DNA of 64,000 nucleotides from Eledone cirrhosa (GCA_964016885.1 OZ024744.1:35092001-35156000); one strand, 5' to 3'; positions 1 to 13,802 are shown, counted from the stretch's first letter. Numbers and translations: made by a program. The notes: generated by a model from the sequence alone, not told the origin.

Positions 1-650
1 TACAGGAAAGGGATTTGCCCACTGTAAATCATGGAATAGCATAGATAGGACTAGGCGAAAGATAGGGAAAGCCAACTCATGGTATGACAACCAGAGATAC
101 CAGAGTGTCATGTTTGTGGATGCAACCCCTGGAGGTGAATTAGCTAACCAATTTAGAAAGGCCCTCTGAAAGACCCACTTAAAGATTGAAGTGGTAGAAA
201 AGCCAGGAACTACCATAAAATCCCTGATCAGCAAAACTTACCCCTTTAAGAAAACCCACTGTATGAATAAGAAAGGTGTTATATGTAGAATAAATCCACA
301 AATAAATTGTAAAACTAGAAATGTAGTCTATAGCATCAGATGTACAGAGGGTACTTGCAGAAACATGACAACGACATACATAGGAGAGACAGCCTTGAGC
401 ACAGGGAGAGGGAATGAACCAACACTGGGGCGGAGACTAGAACGACAAAAAGACTGTTCGGTTCTATATGAACATGCCATACTAAGACACGATGGTAATA
501 TAGACAACAGAAATTAAAATTATATCTAAACATAAAAATAACTCAACAGATAGGCAAATCAGAGAAGCAACTGAGATAGAGCTAAGAAAACCGAAGCTGA
601 ACAGAAAAAAATTAATGGAACAACAACAATACACAAACACACAATAGTGA
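1..650 (+). mobile_element. Penelope-like element, 3' fragment with GIY-YIG endonuclease (decayed)
   Basis: ORF 191-517 has CKTRNVVYSIRC...YIGET (GIY-YIG variant); upstream in-frame remnant VMFVDATPGGELA; followed by an HHR-like pLTR motif at ~823. Confidence 0.8.
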
Positions 651-822
651 CCTAAAATAAATATAAATAAATATACACAGGTACAATAACCAACCACACA
701 TAAACACACACTAGTGAACTAAGATAGAATACAAACACACACACTCAGACACAAACAGACAACAATAAATAAATAAAATAGAATAAGTAAACATTACAAT
801 ACAATGGGAGGAAACATAATAG

Positions 823-865
823 TATCACTGATGATGTCACAGGTGTGTTATGAAAGAACTCTGAG
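823..865 (+). ncRNA. Minimal type I hammerhead ribozyme-like motif (PLE pLTR)
   Basis: tca-CTGATGA-tgtcac aggt gtgtta-t-GAAA-gaac-TC-tga; homologous to 45930-45975 (-). Confidence 0.55.
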
Positions 866-904
866 AGACTATATATATATATATTATAAAAATATTATAC
901 ATAT

Positions 905-3900
905 ATTTTCGAAGGTATCTTAGCTCTTATGACGCTATTATTATTAATATTATTGCTGTATTATTTCGGATATTTACCACGCGGTATTCTAATCTATCGG
1001 TTATTTAAGTTTGTTAGCCTTGACGCCAACCCTCAGTGCCTACCTCACAATTTCCCTCACACCACCATAGCCTATTCGACCAATCAAACCTCAGCATGCC
1101 ATTTCTACGGCTGCTACTACTACTACCTAACTAACTCTCTCCTCCCCTGTCGCAGCCCAACACACCCTGCCATTATCCCACCACTACTGTTCTTCTAGCT
1201 CTCAATTTTCCCACCGTTATGGATGGATGAGCTGAGAATAAATTTGAGCAACTCTGAATCAATAGATGAAATATGAATCTGCGAGCTACCAAGCACCCAT
1301 GTGAAGCGCCAATCCAGAGACTCTTCCCTACGAGTGTCGACAAATGCCCAAAACTCCGAGTTGGTACCATCAATGTAGGCTCAATGAAAGGAAGAGCAGG
1401 AGAAATCGTAGAGATGCTAGAGCGAAAGGAAATTGATGTATGCTGTGTGCAAGAGACTAGATGGAGAGGAGAGTCTGCTAGAGTCCTTGTAGGAAAAAGT
1501 CGGTGCTACAAATTTTTCTGGGTGGGAAATGACGATGGGATGGGTGGTGTAGGTATACTACTAGCTGACAAGTGGGTAGATAAAGTAATCTCAGTGTACA
1601 GGGTAAATGCGAGAATCATTAAACTCAGACTGGTCCTGAATAAAACAATTACCACAATAATATCAGCTTACCTACCCCAATCGGGGTTGCCAGATGAACT
1701 TAAGGATAGGTTTTACGAGTCCCTAATGCACACAACTGCTCTAACAAACGACAATGACTTCCTAATCATCGCAAGAGACTTTAACGGACACATAGGTAAA
1801 CACTGCGACAGCTTCAATAGAGTACATGGAGGCCATGGGGTTGGCACAAGGAATGAGGAAGGATTCAGACTTCTAGAATTCTGCGACGCCAATGACATGT
1901 CGATATGTAACACAAACTTTAAAAAACCCGACAACCACCTGATCACCTATAGATCAGGGGAGCACTCTAGTCAGATAGATTTTATCCTCATCAGAGGACG
2001 TGACAGATGGACGGTCATAAACACAAAAGCCTTCCATAGTGAGGAATGTACATCCCAACATAGCTTAGTTGTCAGCGACCTCATGGTCAGAACTAGACGA
2101 ACCTGGAAACAGGCCAACCTGGAGAAGAAAGATCTGGAAGCTGAAAGTCCCCTCAACCAGTAACAGATTTAAAGATATTTTACTCAACGCCTACGACAGT
2201 AAAGAAGAACAGATAGAGACATTTAATGTAGAAGAGAACTGGAAGTTCCTAAAAAATAATTTACTAGAGGCGATGGATATGAGGTCTGTGGCTGGAGTAA
2301 GACCTCAAGCAGGAGGAGAGTGACTTGGTGGTGGAACAATAAGGTAGATGAAGCAGTTAAGGCCAAGAGACAGGCATGGAAAGAATGGAAGAACGGGGGG
2401 CAGCAGGGTACATTACATAGAGACCAAGAGGGAAGCTAGGCGACAAGTATACTTAGCTAGGAGGGAAGCAGAGGATAGAAAATTCAAGCATGTTTTGCAA
2501 TGTGAGGACCAAAACAGGAGGTATTCAAGATTGCGAGGCAGTGTGTCAGAGATAGTTGTGATGTCATTGGAGAGAAGTGTATCCGGAATGATAAAGGTGA
2601 GCTTGCCCTCACAAGTGCTGAGAAGAAAGATGCATGGAAGAGTCATTATGATAGATTACTAAATAAAGGAGAATGCATGGGAAGAAGAGACCCTATAACC
2701 ACACGTATTGTTAACCAGGTAAAACTAGAAGGTGTCATACCAAAAGATTGGTGCAGTAGCATCATTGTCAACTGCTACAAAGGTAAAGGCGATGCACTAG
2801 ATAGAGGAAACTATAGAGGTATGGAGTTGATGGACCAGGTCATGAAAGTAACAGAAAGAGTTATAGCACAGTTGATTAGGGACCGGGTAAAAATAGACGA
2901 GATGCAATTTGGGTTTGTACCAGGAAGAGGCACCACTGATGCCCTCTTCCTTGTGAGGCAATTACAGGAAAAGTACCTAGCTAAAAGTAAGCCACTCTAC
3001 TTGGCATTTGTCGACCTTGAGAAAGCCTTTGACAGAGTTCCACGTGCTGTAATCTGGTGGGCTCTTCGAAAACTAGGAGTAGATGAATGGCTTGTGAAAG
3101 CGGTACAAGCCATGTATAGGGGAGCAGTCAGCAAAGTTAGGATTAGCAATGAGTATAGCGAGGAATTTAGCGTACAGGTTGGGGTCCACCAGGGCTCTGT
3201 TCTTAGCCCCCTCCTGTTCATCATAATCCTGCAGGCAATAACGGAGGAGTTTAAGACCGGATGCCCATGGGAACTCCTGTATGCTGATGACCTCGCACTC
3301 ATAGCTGAATCTATGGTAGAACTAGAGTAGAAATTCCAAACTTAGAAGCAGGGACTAGAAAGAAAAGGTCTCAAAGTCAACATGACAAAGACTAAGGTCC
3401 TTGTAAGTAGACGAGAAAACAGAAGCCAGATCCCCTCAGGGAAATGGCCTTGCTCAGTATGTAGGAAAGGTGTAGGTAGGAACTCCATTCTCTGCCCCAA
3501 ATGCAAACAATGGGTACACAAGAGATGTAGCGGGATCTCAGGAAGCTTAATTAAGAATGTAGGCTTCACATGCAGCAGCTGTGCTGAGACAGCAAGCAGC
3601 AAACAGCCACAGGAAACAAGTACCACCAATCTCTGGGAGGGCTCTGTAGAAACAGTAGACAGCTTCTGCTACCTAGGTGACCGAATTAGCAGCAGAGGTG
3701 CGTGTTCAGAAAGTACAATAACTAGGGTAAGAACGGGATGGAAGAAGTTTAGGGGACTACTACCACTGTTAGCTGCAAAAGGCTTCTCCCTCAGAATGAA
3801 AGGCAGACTGTATGATGCGTTTATCCGAACAGCAATGTTGCATGGTAGTGAGACCTGGGCGCTGAAGGTGGAAGACTTACGTAGATTAGAGAGAAACGAA

Positions 3901-4541
3901 GCCTGCATGCTCCGATGGATGTGTAACAGTAATATATGTGAACGACAAAGCATAAATGAATTGAGAGAGAGACTGAGCACAAAAGGAATCAAATGCTGTG
4001 TGCAGGAGAGGCGGTTGCGCTGGTATGGACATGTGATGCGTATGAAGGATGACAGCTGCATAAAAAGGTGCAGAGCACTAGAAGTTGATGGAAACCGCGG
4101 AGTGGGGAGACCCAAGATGACCTGGGATGAGGTGATAAAAGCTGACCTTACCCAATGACACCTCTCAAAGGCAATGACACATGACCGTGACTTCTGGCGT
4201 CACGCAGTAATACAGAGTACCCGACCTCTCATGGGTACAAGCTGAAGTATATAGACAATATGCCCCCACACCACCCACCGCAAGGTGGTCGTGGAGGTGC
4301 CACGGTAAAAAAGCACCCAGCCCACACTGTAAAGTGGACGTGTAGGCGCCACGAAAAAGCACCCAGCACTCACTGTAAATGAGGTTGGTGTTAGGAAGGG
4401 CATCCAGCTGTAGCAATCAAGCCAGATCAGTTCCTGTATGATCAAGGCATGGTCAGCCGACCAGACTCTGCCCACAACAGGACAAACCGTCTAACCCAAG
4501 CTAGCGTGGAAGAACGGACGTAAAACGGTGATGATGATGAT
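905..4541 (+). mobile_element. RTE-clade LINE subfamily A, near full length, frameshifted, internal deletion near 2690
   Basis: APE endonuclease (TINVGSM, CVQETRW, DFNGH, SQH) 1273-2163; RT (QFGF, FVDLEKAFD, HQGSVLSPLLF, YADD) 2677-3330; PHD and C-terminus 3382-4244; (TGA)n tail. Confidence 0.92.
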
Positions 4542-4820
4542 ATAATATATATATTGGACTGTTGAAGTGAACAGACATGTTTTTATTGCTCTCTACCAAG
4601 TCTCCACAGCTTTAAAGCCTATCTGACCGTACATATATATTTATATATATTTGTAACCATGTGCTTTTCCTACAAACTCGTAACTACGTTTTCTTAACTA
4701 CAGATTATTATATACACTCGTTTTTCTTTTAATATCTTCAAATAACCAAAAACTTTTAATAACCTCAAATAACCAAATCTCACATCCATAAAAGAGAATA
4801 CATATATATATATATATATT

Positions 4821-5864
4821 TCCCCTCAGGGAAATGGCCTTGCTCAGTATGTAGGAAAGGTGTAGGTAGGAACTCCATTCTCTGCCCCAAATGCAAACAA
4901 TGGATACACAAGAGATGTAGCGGGATCTCAGGAAGTTTAATTAAGAATGTAGGCTTCACATGTAGCAGCAAACAGCCACAGGAAACAAGTACCACCAATC
5001 TCTGGGAGGGCTCTGTAGAAACAGTAGAGAGCTTCTGCTACCTAGGTGACCGAATTAGCAGCAGAGGTGCGTGTTCAGAAAGTACAATAACTAGAGTAAG
5101 AACGGGATGGAAGAAGTTCAAGGAACTACTGCCACCGCTAGCTGCAAAAGGCTTCTACCTCAAAATGAAAGGCAGACTGTATGATGCATGTATCCGAACA
5201 GCAATGTTACATGGTAGTGAGACCTGGGCGCTGAAGGTGGAAGACTTACGTAGATTAGAAAGAAACGAAGCCTGCATGCTCCGATGGATGTGTAATAGTA
5301 ATATACGCGAACGACAAAGCATAAATGAATTGAGAGAGAGAGTGAGCATAAGAGGAATCAAATGCTGTGTGCAGGAGAGGCGGATGCGTTGGTATGGACA
5401 TGTCATGCCTATGAAGGATGACAGCTGCATAAAAAGGTGCAGAGCACTAGAAGTCAATGGAAGCCGCGGAGTGGGGAGACCCAAGAAGACCTGGGATGAG
5501 GTGATAGGGGCCGACCTTACCCAGTTGCACCGCTCAAAGGCGATGACACACGACCGTGAGCTCTGGCGTCACGCAGTAATACACAGTACCCGACTCCCCA
5601 TGGGTACAAGCTGAAGCATATAGACAATATGCCCCCACACCCCCCACTGCAAAGTGGTCGTGTAGGTGCCACGGCAAAAAAGCACCCAGCACTCACTGTA
5701 AATGAGGTTGGTGTTAGGAAGGGCATCCAGCTGTAGAAACCAAGCCAAATCAGTTCCTGTATGAGCAAGGCATGGTCAGTCGACCAGACACTGCCCACAA
5801 CAGGACAACCAGTCTAACCCATGCTAGCATGGAAGAACGGACGTAAAACGGTGATGATGATGAT
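4821..5864 (+). mobile_element. RTE subfamily A, 5'-truncated copy
   Basis: Near-identical to 3430-4541; ORF 5165-5614; (TGA)n tail; begins in a TA tract. Confidence 0.92.
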
Positions 5865-8800
5865 TCTTTAATTTCTTCAAATAACCAAAGTCTCACTCAC
5901 ATATCAAGTATCTAAAAACACACACAAGGAAAAAAAAAAATGACTACTGACCAGCAAGCCCACAACAGACGAAATTGGTCTGATAATGAAATTGACCTCT
6001 TAATAAACACATGGTTTTCTCTGTCCCAAACAGTAAACATTAATGCGTCATCTCTGAATGAAATTGCTGAAAAAATAACTAAAACATTTACCAGGAGGGA
6101 TGCTAAGCCACCACCACCACAGCCACCTACTGAATTCAAGCATAATAGCTGAGTTACTGAACGATAGTATCCCTCAACCACTTTCTCAATCATCATTATT
6201 GTCATCACCACCACCACCATCACCATCTTCTGCCAATCAACTACTAGTAATTGTCCACTGCTTTCTCTCTCACAGCCTCCACCTCAGTTGTCATCATCAT
6301 CATCATCATCGTCACCACCACTGCTTTCTTCCCCCTCACCACCACAGTCATGCTGTAGTCAAAAGAACTTTAAAAAAAATCTATGAAGCTGTATGCACCC
6401 CCACTTCACAAACTAGAAACCCCAGAATATACCGCTACTCACTACGTCAGGCTATGCACACGTAGCGACTGCATATTTACCCATTTACCTGGTACTAGAC
6501 GCTCTAACACTGCCAGCCAACACCAAAGCACGCATAAGTCGGGAGTCCCAAAATCTGCTGACATTCCCAACGTGAGAGACTATGTCTGCTGACTGACTGT
6601 CCCTTCACTCATCTTCCTGGGACGCAACGCATGAACAGAAAAGGGGCTCCATGCCAACACACAAACCACAATAAAGCCACCCCCTGCTGCAGTAATGCTG
6701 CTCCAGTCTTCTTACAAAGACACAATTACAACAACAAAAGTAATGCTGCTCCAGTCTTTTCACAAAGACACAATTACAACAACAAAAGTAATGCTGCTCC
6801 AGTCTTTTCACAAAGACACAATTACAACAACAAAAGAGGGAACTGCAACGCTATCCAATCAAAAACTGCTCCCTGAACAAGAAAATTTTTCTTTTTTAGC
6901 CATGAACTTGGCAAAAGAGATACAGAAAAACATTTTAGCCATCACCCAACATCAACCTTGCTGTCACTAACACACAATCACAAAACAAGGCCCCTGCAAC
7001 AGTCAAAACCAGCCACCACACTAGCCTCCACATTCTCACTCAATACACAAGGTATCAGCCTATCCATCAATGCACAGAAATGGAAGATCCAATTCATTGA
7101 GGATTGGGTTGGTAACCATCCATTTCACATCCCCTTCATTCTTACTGAGACCCACCTTGACAATCCCACTTGGAGGCCGAAGTAAGAGTGAGGAATTTCA
7201 CAACTATCCGTGCGGATCGTGTTGGCAGAAGGAAGGGTGGAACTGCCATTTCCTGCATGATTCCTTTACGGCAGATGGTAACACAACATTCTCCAATGGC
7301 TACTTTGAATAAGTCACTGTGCACAATAAAGCCAATGACCTGACATTAGTTAGGCTCTATAGGCCACCACAAACACCCATAATCTGCTTCAAAGAATGCC
7401 TCAACAGTATTAAGTGCTTTATTCAACAGTGCCAACTGACAACATACTTTTGATGGGAGACTTTAATCTACCTTGTGTTGTTTGGTCTAGAAGCAGTTTG
7501 AAACCAGACACTCCAACCTCAACCACTGACAAAGAAGCAGTCGAGTCACTTCTTGACTTCATGAATGAGTTTTTCTTGTCCCAACAAGGCATCAGAAGAA
7601 CATTCTGAATCTAGTGTTTAGTAACCACACTAACACTATACATAATATTACAGTGGAAAAAACCCTTCTCTCAGACCATGACATGGTTCTTTGTAACCTG
7701 AGATTCCACCAGGGTCCTCTCTCCAGCCCACCCATTTGATAACATGGATCTCTACAATGCCAACTGGGATGCAATTATGAACGAACTATCACATGTTGAC
7801 AGGTCTTTTACACACGCACACACTTCAGCAACATCAAAACATCTTGGCAGATCTTTGTAGACACTGTGACAAATATATGTGCAAAACACACCCCACCAAA
7901 ACCTGTGAACAAAACTAAGTGCAGTATCCACCAACACAGAAAAATAAAAAGAACAAACAAAAAAATTAACACACAAAAATACTGCCAACAGCAACACACA
8001 CATTCGACGGCTATCACCCTGCTTGAATCAAAACAATATAACCTCCAACAGTGCATGAAACCATCATCAATAACCAGAGAATAGCTGAAGAGAGGTGGGC
8101 CATTGAGAAAATCAAACTCAACCCCAAAGTGTTCCTTTCTTTTGCTAAAAAACACAAGGTCACCGTCTCCACTGTTGGACCCCTAGTTGATGAAAATGGC
8201 ACACTCCAGGATAATGCCAAAACCATGGGCGAGATACTGCAGAAACAATACTGCTCTGTTTTCAGCAATCCTGATATGGCCGATCTGGGCCGTATCAGTG
8301 ATATTAACCCCCAACACGCTATATCCGACATAACGTTTGGTACCCCTGATGTCTTAGCGGCAATCAACGAAATTAAACACAATTCAGCAGTAGGCCCTGA
8401 CAGGTTCCCTGCTTGTGTCCTGAAGGTGTGCCGGCACCAACTTGCATCTCCTCTTGCTAATCTGTGGAGGAGCTCACTGGACACTGGCTATATTCTTGAA
8501 AACTTTTGTCCCAGTCTTCAAAAAGAGAAATAAGTCCCTTGCAGTGAACTACCGTCCAATCTCACTCACCTCTCATATTATCAAGGTATTTGAGAGGGTG
8601 GTGAGATCACGAATAACCTACTTTCTTGAAAGCAATGGCCTGCTGAACTCCAACCAACATGGGTTCCGTAATTGAAGGGACTGCCTAACGCAGCTCCTGC
8701 ATCACTTTGACGATGTTTTGAGAGCCTTGGGAGAGGGCTCCAACACTGATGTCATCTACCTTGATTTCAGCAAGGCCTTCGACAGGGTTGATCATAAGAT

Positions 8801-9060
8801 TCTACTGAAAAAACTATCCAATATTGGTGTCTCTGGAAAGTTACTACAGTGGATCAAATGTTTCCTGACAGACAACCTTAAATGTTGTAGTCGAAGAAGT
8901 AAAATCAAGCTCTGCCAAAGTCAGCAGTGGTGTCCCACAAAGCACTGTGTTGTGCCCACTTCTTTTCATCATCTACATTACTGACATCATCAAGCACAGC
9001 AACATAAGAATCTTCGCAGATGATTCCAAGCTCCAAAGGGTCATCAATGAGGTTGGTGAC
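5865..9060 (+). mobile_element. CR1/L2-group LINE, decayed (ORF1 remnant plus APE-RT ORF2), 3' end interrupted by RTE
   Basis: LTETHL, LYRPP, LMGDFNLP, GPDRFPACVLK, NYRPISLTSHIIKVFE, NQHGFR, YLDFSKAFDRVDH, SGVPQ, FADD; Cys/His motif CTRSDCIFTHLPGT in the ORF1 region; 5'UTR probably extends to ~4700 across the RTE insertion. Confidence 0.85.
6692..6835 (+). repeat. 48-bp tandem repeat, 3 copies, in the CR1 ORF1 region
   Basis: Unit cacaattacaacaacaaaagtaatgctgctccagtcttttcacaaaga encodes HNYNNKSNAAPVFSQR. Confidence 0.9.
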
Positions 9061-9061
9061 C

Positions 9062-9725
9062 GGACTTGTGTAGATTAGAAAGAAACGAAGCCTGCATGCT
9101 CCAATGGATGTGTAATAGTAATATACATGAATGGCAAAGCATAAACAAATTGAGAGAGAGACTGAGCATAAGAGGAATCAAATGCTGTGTGCAGGAGAGG
9201 CGGTTGCGTTGGTATGGACATGTGATGCGTATGAAGGATGACAGCTGCATAAAAAGGTGCAGAGCACGAGAAGTCGATGTAAACCATGGAGTGGCGAGAC
9301 CCAAGAAGACCTGGTACGAGGTGATAAAAGCCGACTTTACCCAATTCACCTCTCAAAGGCGATGACACACGACCGTGACTTCTGGCGTCATGCAGTAATA
9401 CAGAAGACCTGACTCCCCACATGTACAAGCCGAAGCTGAAGCATATAGACAATATGCCCCCAAACCCTCCCACTGCAAAGTGGTCGTGGAGGTGCCACGG
9501 CAAAAAAGCACCCAGCCCACACTGTAAAGTGGACGTGTAGGCGCCCAGCACTCACTGTAAATGAGGTTGGTGTTAGGAAGGGCATCCAGCTGTAGAAATC
9601 AAGCCAGAATCAGTTCTCGTATGAGCAAGGCATGGTCAGCCGACCAGACACTGCCCACAATAGGACAACCCGTCTAACCCATGCTAGCATGGAAGAATGG
9701 ACGTAAAACAGTGATGATGATGATA
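9062..9725 (+). mobile_element. RTE subfamily A, 3' fragment
   Basis: RLERNEACML...RLRWYGHVMRM, 3'UTR and (TGA)n tail. Confidence 0.9.
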
Positions 9726-9752
9726 AATATATATATATATATATACAATATA

Positions 9753-10800
9753 TCATCATCATCGTTTAACGTCTATCTTCCACGCTAGCATGGGTTAGAC
9801 GGGAGTTGTCCCAAATTGAGGCAAGGTTGGTCGGATGACCGTGTTTCGTTCATATAGGAATATCTGGCAGGTTTTCTACGACTGGATGCCCTTCCTAACA
9901 CCAACCTCATTTACAGTGTGGAACTGGGAACTTTTTACCATGTTACCTACACGGCCACATTACAGCATGGACTGTGTGTTTTTTTGTTGTGACACCTACA
10001 CGATCTCAATCTCATTATCTCATTAATTTGGACTGGATCTTGTGGTACCAACTTTACAGAGAGAGGGTGGTATTGGTGGGAGTGGGAGGATGGAGTAGGG
10101 GTACTAGGTTGGGGTGTATATTTGATTAAGTGGTGCCTAATGACTAGGTTTCGCTTTGTACATAGGCAAGGCGGGACTTCTGTATTACTGCGTGGCACCA
10201 AAGATCTCGGTCCAGTGACATTGTCTTAGAGAGGTGCAAGTGTGTAAGGTCGGAATTTATCAGATCGTCCCAGGTTTTTCTGGGTCTGTCTACTCCGTAA
10301 CTTCCATCAGTATTGATAATCCTGCACTTTTTTATACAGCTGTCGTCTTTCATGCGCATCACATGACCATACCAACGTAACAGCAAACAAGTAAACAGCA
10401 TCTGATGCCTCTTATTCCTAATTTCTCACTTAGTTCAATTATGTTTTGCCGTTCGCGTATTACACATCCAACGGAGCATGCAAGCTTCGTTACTTTCCAG
10501 TCTGCACATGTCCTCTGCAAACAATGCCCATGTCTCACTGCCATGTAGCATAGCTGTTCGTATACAGGCATCATACAATCTGCCTTTCATTTTTAGAGAC
10601 CAACCGCCTACAGCGGTATAAGCTCTCTGAACTTTTTCCATCTCGTTCTGACTCTGACTACTGTACTTTCAGAGCACCCTCCTCCACTGCTGATTTTGTC
10701 ACTCAGGTAACGGAAAGTGTCCACTATTTCTATAGTTCTATCTGGGCAATAGAAGGAGCTAGTATCCTGTGGGCACTTACTACTTATTGCACCTGAGCAT
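9753..10800 (-). mobile_element. RTE subfamily B, 3' fragment
   Basis: Minus-strand ORFs 10435-10641 and 10144-10401 (KGRLYDACIRTAMLHGSETW; RWYGHVMRM); (CAT)n tail on the + strand. Confidence 0.9.
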
Positions 10801-10811
10801 ATATATATATA

Positions 10812-11247
10812 GTGAAGGCATATGGCTTAGTGGTTAGAGCATTGGTCTTGCAATCGAAAGGTTGTGAGTTCAATTCTCGACCGGGTGGTGCGTTGTTTCC
10901 TTGAGCAAGACACTTTATTTCACATTGCTCCAGTTTACTTAGCTGTTGAAATGAGATGATTCGACTGGGGTCCCTATCATTCCACTGCAAAGTGGTCGTG
11001 GAGGTGCCACGGCAAAAAAGCACCCAGCCCTCACTGTAAAGTGGACGTGTAGGTGCCGTGGGAAAAAAAAAGCACCCAACACTCACTGTAAATAAGGTTG
11101 GTGTTAGGAAGGGCATCCAGCTGTAGAAATCAAGCCAGAATCAGTTCCCGTATGAGCAAATCAACATCAGCCAACCGGACACTGCCCACAACAGGACTCT
11201 AACCCATGCTAGAGTGGAAGAATGGACGTAAAATGGTGATGATGATG
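10812..11247 (+). mobile_element. tRNA-derived SINE (CORE-like body, pseudoknot array, RTE-A type tail)
   Basis: A box TGGCTTAGTGG, B box GTTCAATTC, tccttgagcaagacacttt body, 3' end shared with RTE-A. Confidence 0.85.
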
Positions 11248-11276
11248 TATATATGTATATATATATATATATATGT

Positions 11277-13060
11277 ATACAAAAGATTGGTGCAGTAGCA
11301 TCATTGTCAACTGCTACAAAGGTAAAGGCGATGCACTAGATAGAGGAAACTATAGAGGTATAAAGTTGATGGACCAGGTCATGAAAGTAACAGAAAGAGT
11401 TATAGCACAGCTGATTAGGGACCGGGTGAAAATAGATTAGATGCAATTTGGGTTTGTACCAGGAAGAGGCACCACTGATGCCCTCTTCCTTGTGAGGCAA
11501 TTACAGGAAAAGTACCTAGCTAAAAGTAAGCCACTCTACTTGGCATTTGTCGACCTTGAGAAAGCCTTTGACAGAGTTCCACGTGCTGTAATCTGGTGGG
11601 CTCTTCGAAAACTAGGAGTAGATGAATGGCTTGTGAAAGCTGTACAAGCCATGTATAGGGGAGCAGTCAGCAAAGTTAGGATTAGCAATGAGTATAGCGA
11701 GGAATTTAGCGTACAGATTGGTGTCCACCAGGGCTCTGTTCTTAGCCCTCTCCTGTTCATCATAGTCCTGCAGGCAATAACGGAGGAGTTTAAGACCGGA
11801 TGCCCATGGGAACTCCTGTACACTGATGACCTCGCACTTATAGCTGAATCTATGGTAGAACTAGAGAATAAATTCCAAACTTGGAAGCAGGGACTAGAAA
11901 GAAAGGGTCTGAAAGCCAACATGACAAAGACGAAGGTCCTTGTAAGTAGACGAGAAAACAGAACCCAGATCCCCTCAGGGAAATGGCCTTGCTCAGTATG
12001 TAGGAAAGGTGTAGGTAGGAACTCCATTCTCTGTCCCAAATGCAAACAATGTAGCGGTATCTCAGGAAGCTTAATTAAGAATGTAGGCTTCACATGTAGC
12101 AGCTGTGCTGAGACAGCAAGCAGCAAACAGCCACAGGAAACAAGTGCCACCAATCTCTGGGAGGGCTCTGTAGAAACAGTAGACAGCTTCTGCTACCTAG
12201 GAGACCGAATTAGCAGTGGAGGTGGGTGTTCAGAAAGTACAATAACTAGGGTAAGAACGGGATGGAAGAAGTTCAGGGAACTACTGCCACTGCTAGCTGC
12301 AAAAGGCTTCTCCCTCAAAATGAAAGGCAGACTGTATGATGCGTGTATCCGAACAGCGATGTTACATGGTAGTGAGACCTGGGCGCTGAAGGTGGAAGAC
12401 TTACGTAGATTAGAAAGAAACGAAGCCTGCATGCTCCGATGGATGTGTAATAGTAATATACGCGAACGACAAAGCATAAATGAATTGAGAGAGAGACTGA
12501 GCATAAGAGGAATCAAATGCTGTGTGCAGGAGAGGCGGTTGCGTTGGTATGGACATGTGATGCGTATGAAGGATGACAGCTGCATAAAAAGGTACAGAGC
12601 ACTAGAAGTCAATGGAAACCGCGGAGTGGGGAGGCCCAAGAAGACCTGGGATGAGGTGATAAAAGCCGACCTTACCCAATTACACCTCTCAAAGGCGATG
12701 ACACACGACTGTGACCTCTGGCGTCACACAGTAATACACAGTACCCGACTCCCCATGGGTACAAGCTGAAGCATATAGACAATATGCCCCCACACCCTCC
12801 CATTGCAAGGTGGTCGTGGAGGTGCCATGCAAAAAAGCACCCAGCCCACACTGTAAAGTGGATGTGTAGGCGCCACGGAAAAAGCACCCAGCACTCACTG
12901 TAAATGAGGTTGGTGTTAGGAAGGGCATCCAGCTGTAGAAATTAGGCCAAATCAGTTCCCGTATCAGCAAGGCATGGTCAGCCGACCAGACACTGCCCAC
13001 AACAGGACAACCCGTCTAACCCATGCTAGCATGGAAGAACGGACGTAAAACGGTGATGAT
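11277..13060 (+). mobile_element. RTE subfamily A, 5'-truncated (RT-PHD-C-terminus)
   Basis: ORF 11441-12769 (442 aa), YADD mutated to YTDD, 3'UTR and tail. Confidence 0.93.
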
Positions 13061-13129
13061 CATGTCTGGCTGTCTGCATTACGTCATTATGATGCTATCT
13101 GTGTGTGTGTGTGCATATATGTATATATA

Positions 13130-13161
<32 letters not shown>

Positions 13162-13329
13162 ATATATTCGTGTACAGATATTTTGGCATACACAAAGACA
13201 AAATATAAAGAGCAGCAAAAACATCAACAACAAAGAGAGGGAACGCAATTACATGCTTTTGAAAAATCAAAATGGAAAATTATTTGCTTATTCACCGACG
13301 GTGACTTCACTTTTTATTAGGACTTCTAC

Positions 13330-13789
13330 ATCAATTGGTGAACATACGATGAAACATTGAAAGGAGTAAGACAACACAACCCTCCACCACTGCAGTCCCA
13401 CATGCTTACTGCTCTGTAACTATTGCTTTCATTGTACCATAGCACAACAGTAAGACCACACCACTCTCCACCACTGCAGTCCCACATGCTTACTGCTCTG
13501 TAACTATTACTTTCATTGTACCATAGCACAACAAATACATCTTCGTTTTGTTGGATGCCTTTTTACTTAACCCTATCGTCTTGGTTTTCATGCGTTGAAC
13601 ATTTTACTCTCAGGCACCCAATTAAGTTAAACCCCTGGTAATCTACGACAAATCTTTTTTATAAGCACAAAATGTAGACACCATCTCCAGGCCGAGGTAT
13701 CCCGTACTTCTCTGTACTGTTTTAGAGAGGAGGGATAAACATACCAATCTATGTTTAGAATCCTGAACAACGCCGGGTCATTCTGCTAG
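13330..13789 (+). mobile_element. Probable non-autonomous Helitron 3' end with internal 84-bp duplication (13366-13533)
   Basis: Ends caacgccgggtcattctgCTAG|T, matching the Helitron-type ends at 43147 and 46245. Confidence 0.5.
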
Positions 13790-13802
13790 TATATTTATAT
13801 AT

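Noticed and set aside
10812-10885. Possible tRNA gene
   Set aside because: No complete acceptor stem and continues into a SINE body
11536-12639. Long antisense ORFs over RTE copies (also 3669, 17272, 19733)
   Set aside because: Shadow frames of the RT coding strand with no independent motifs
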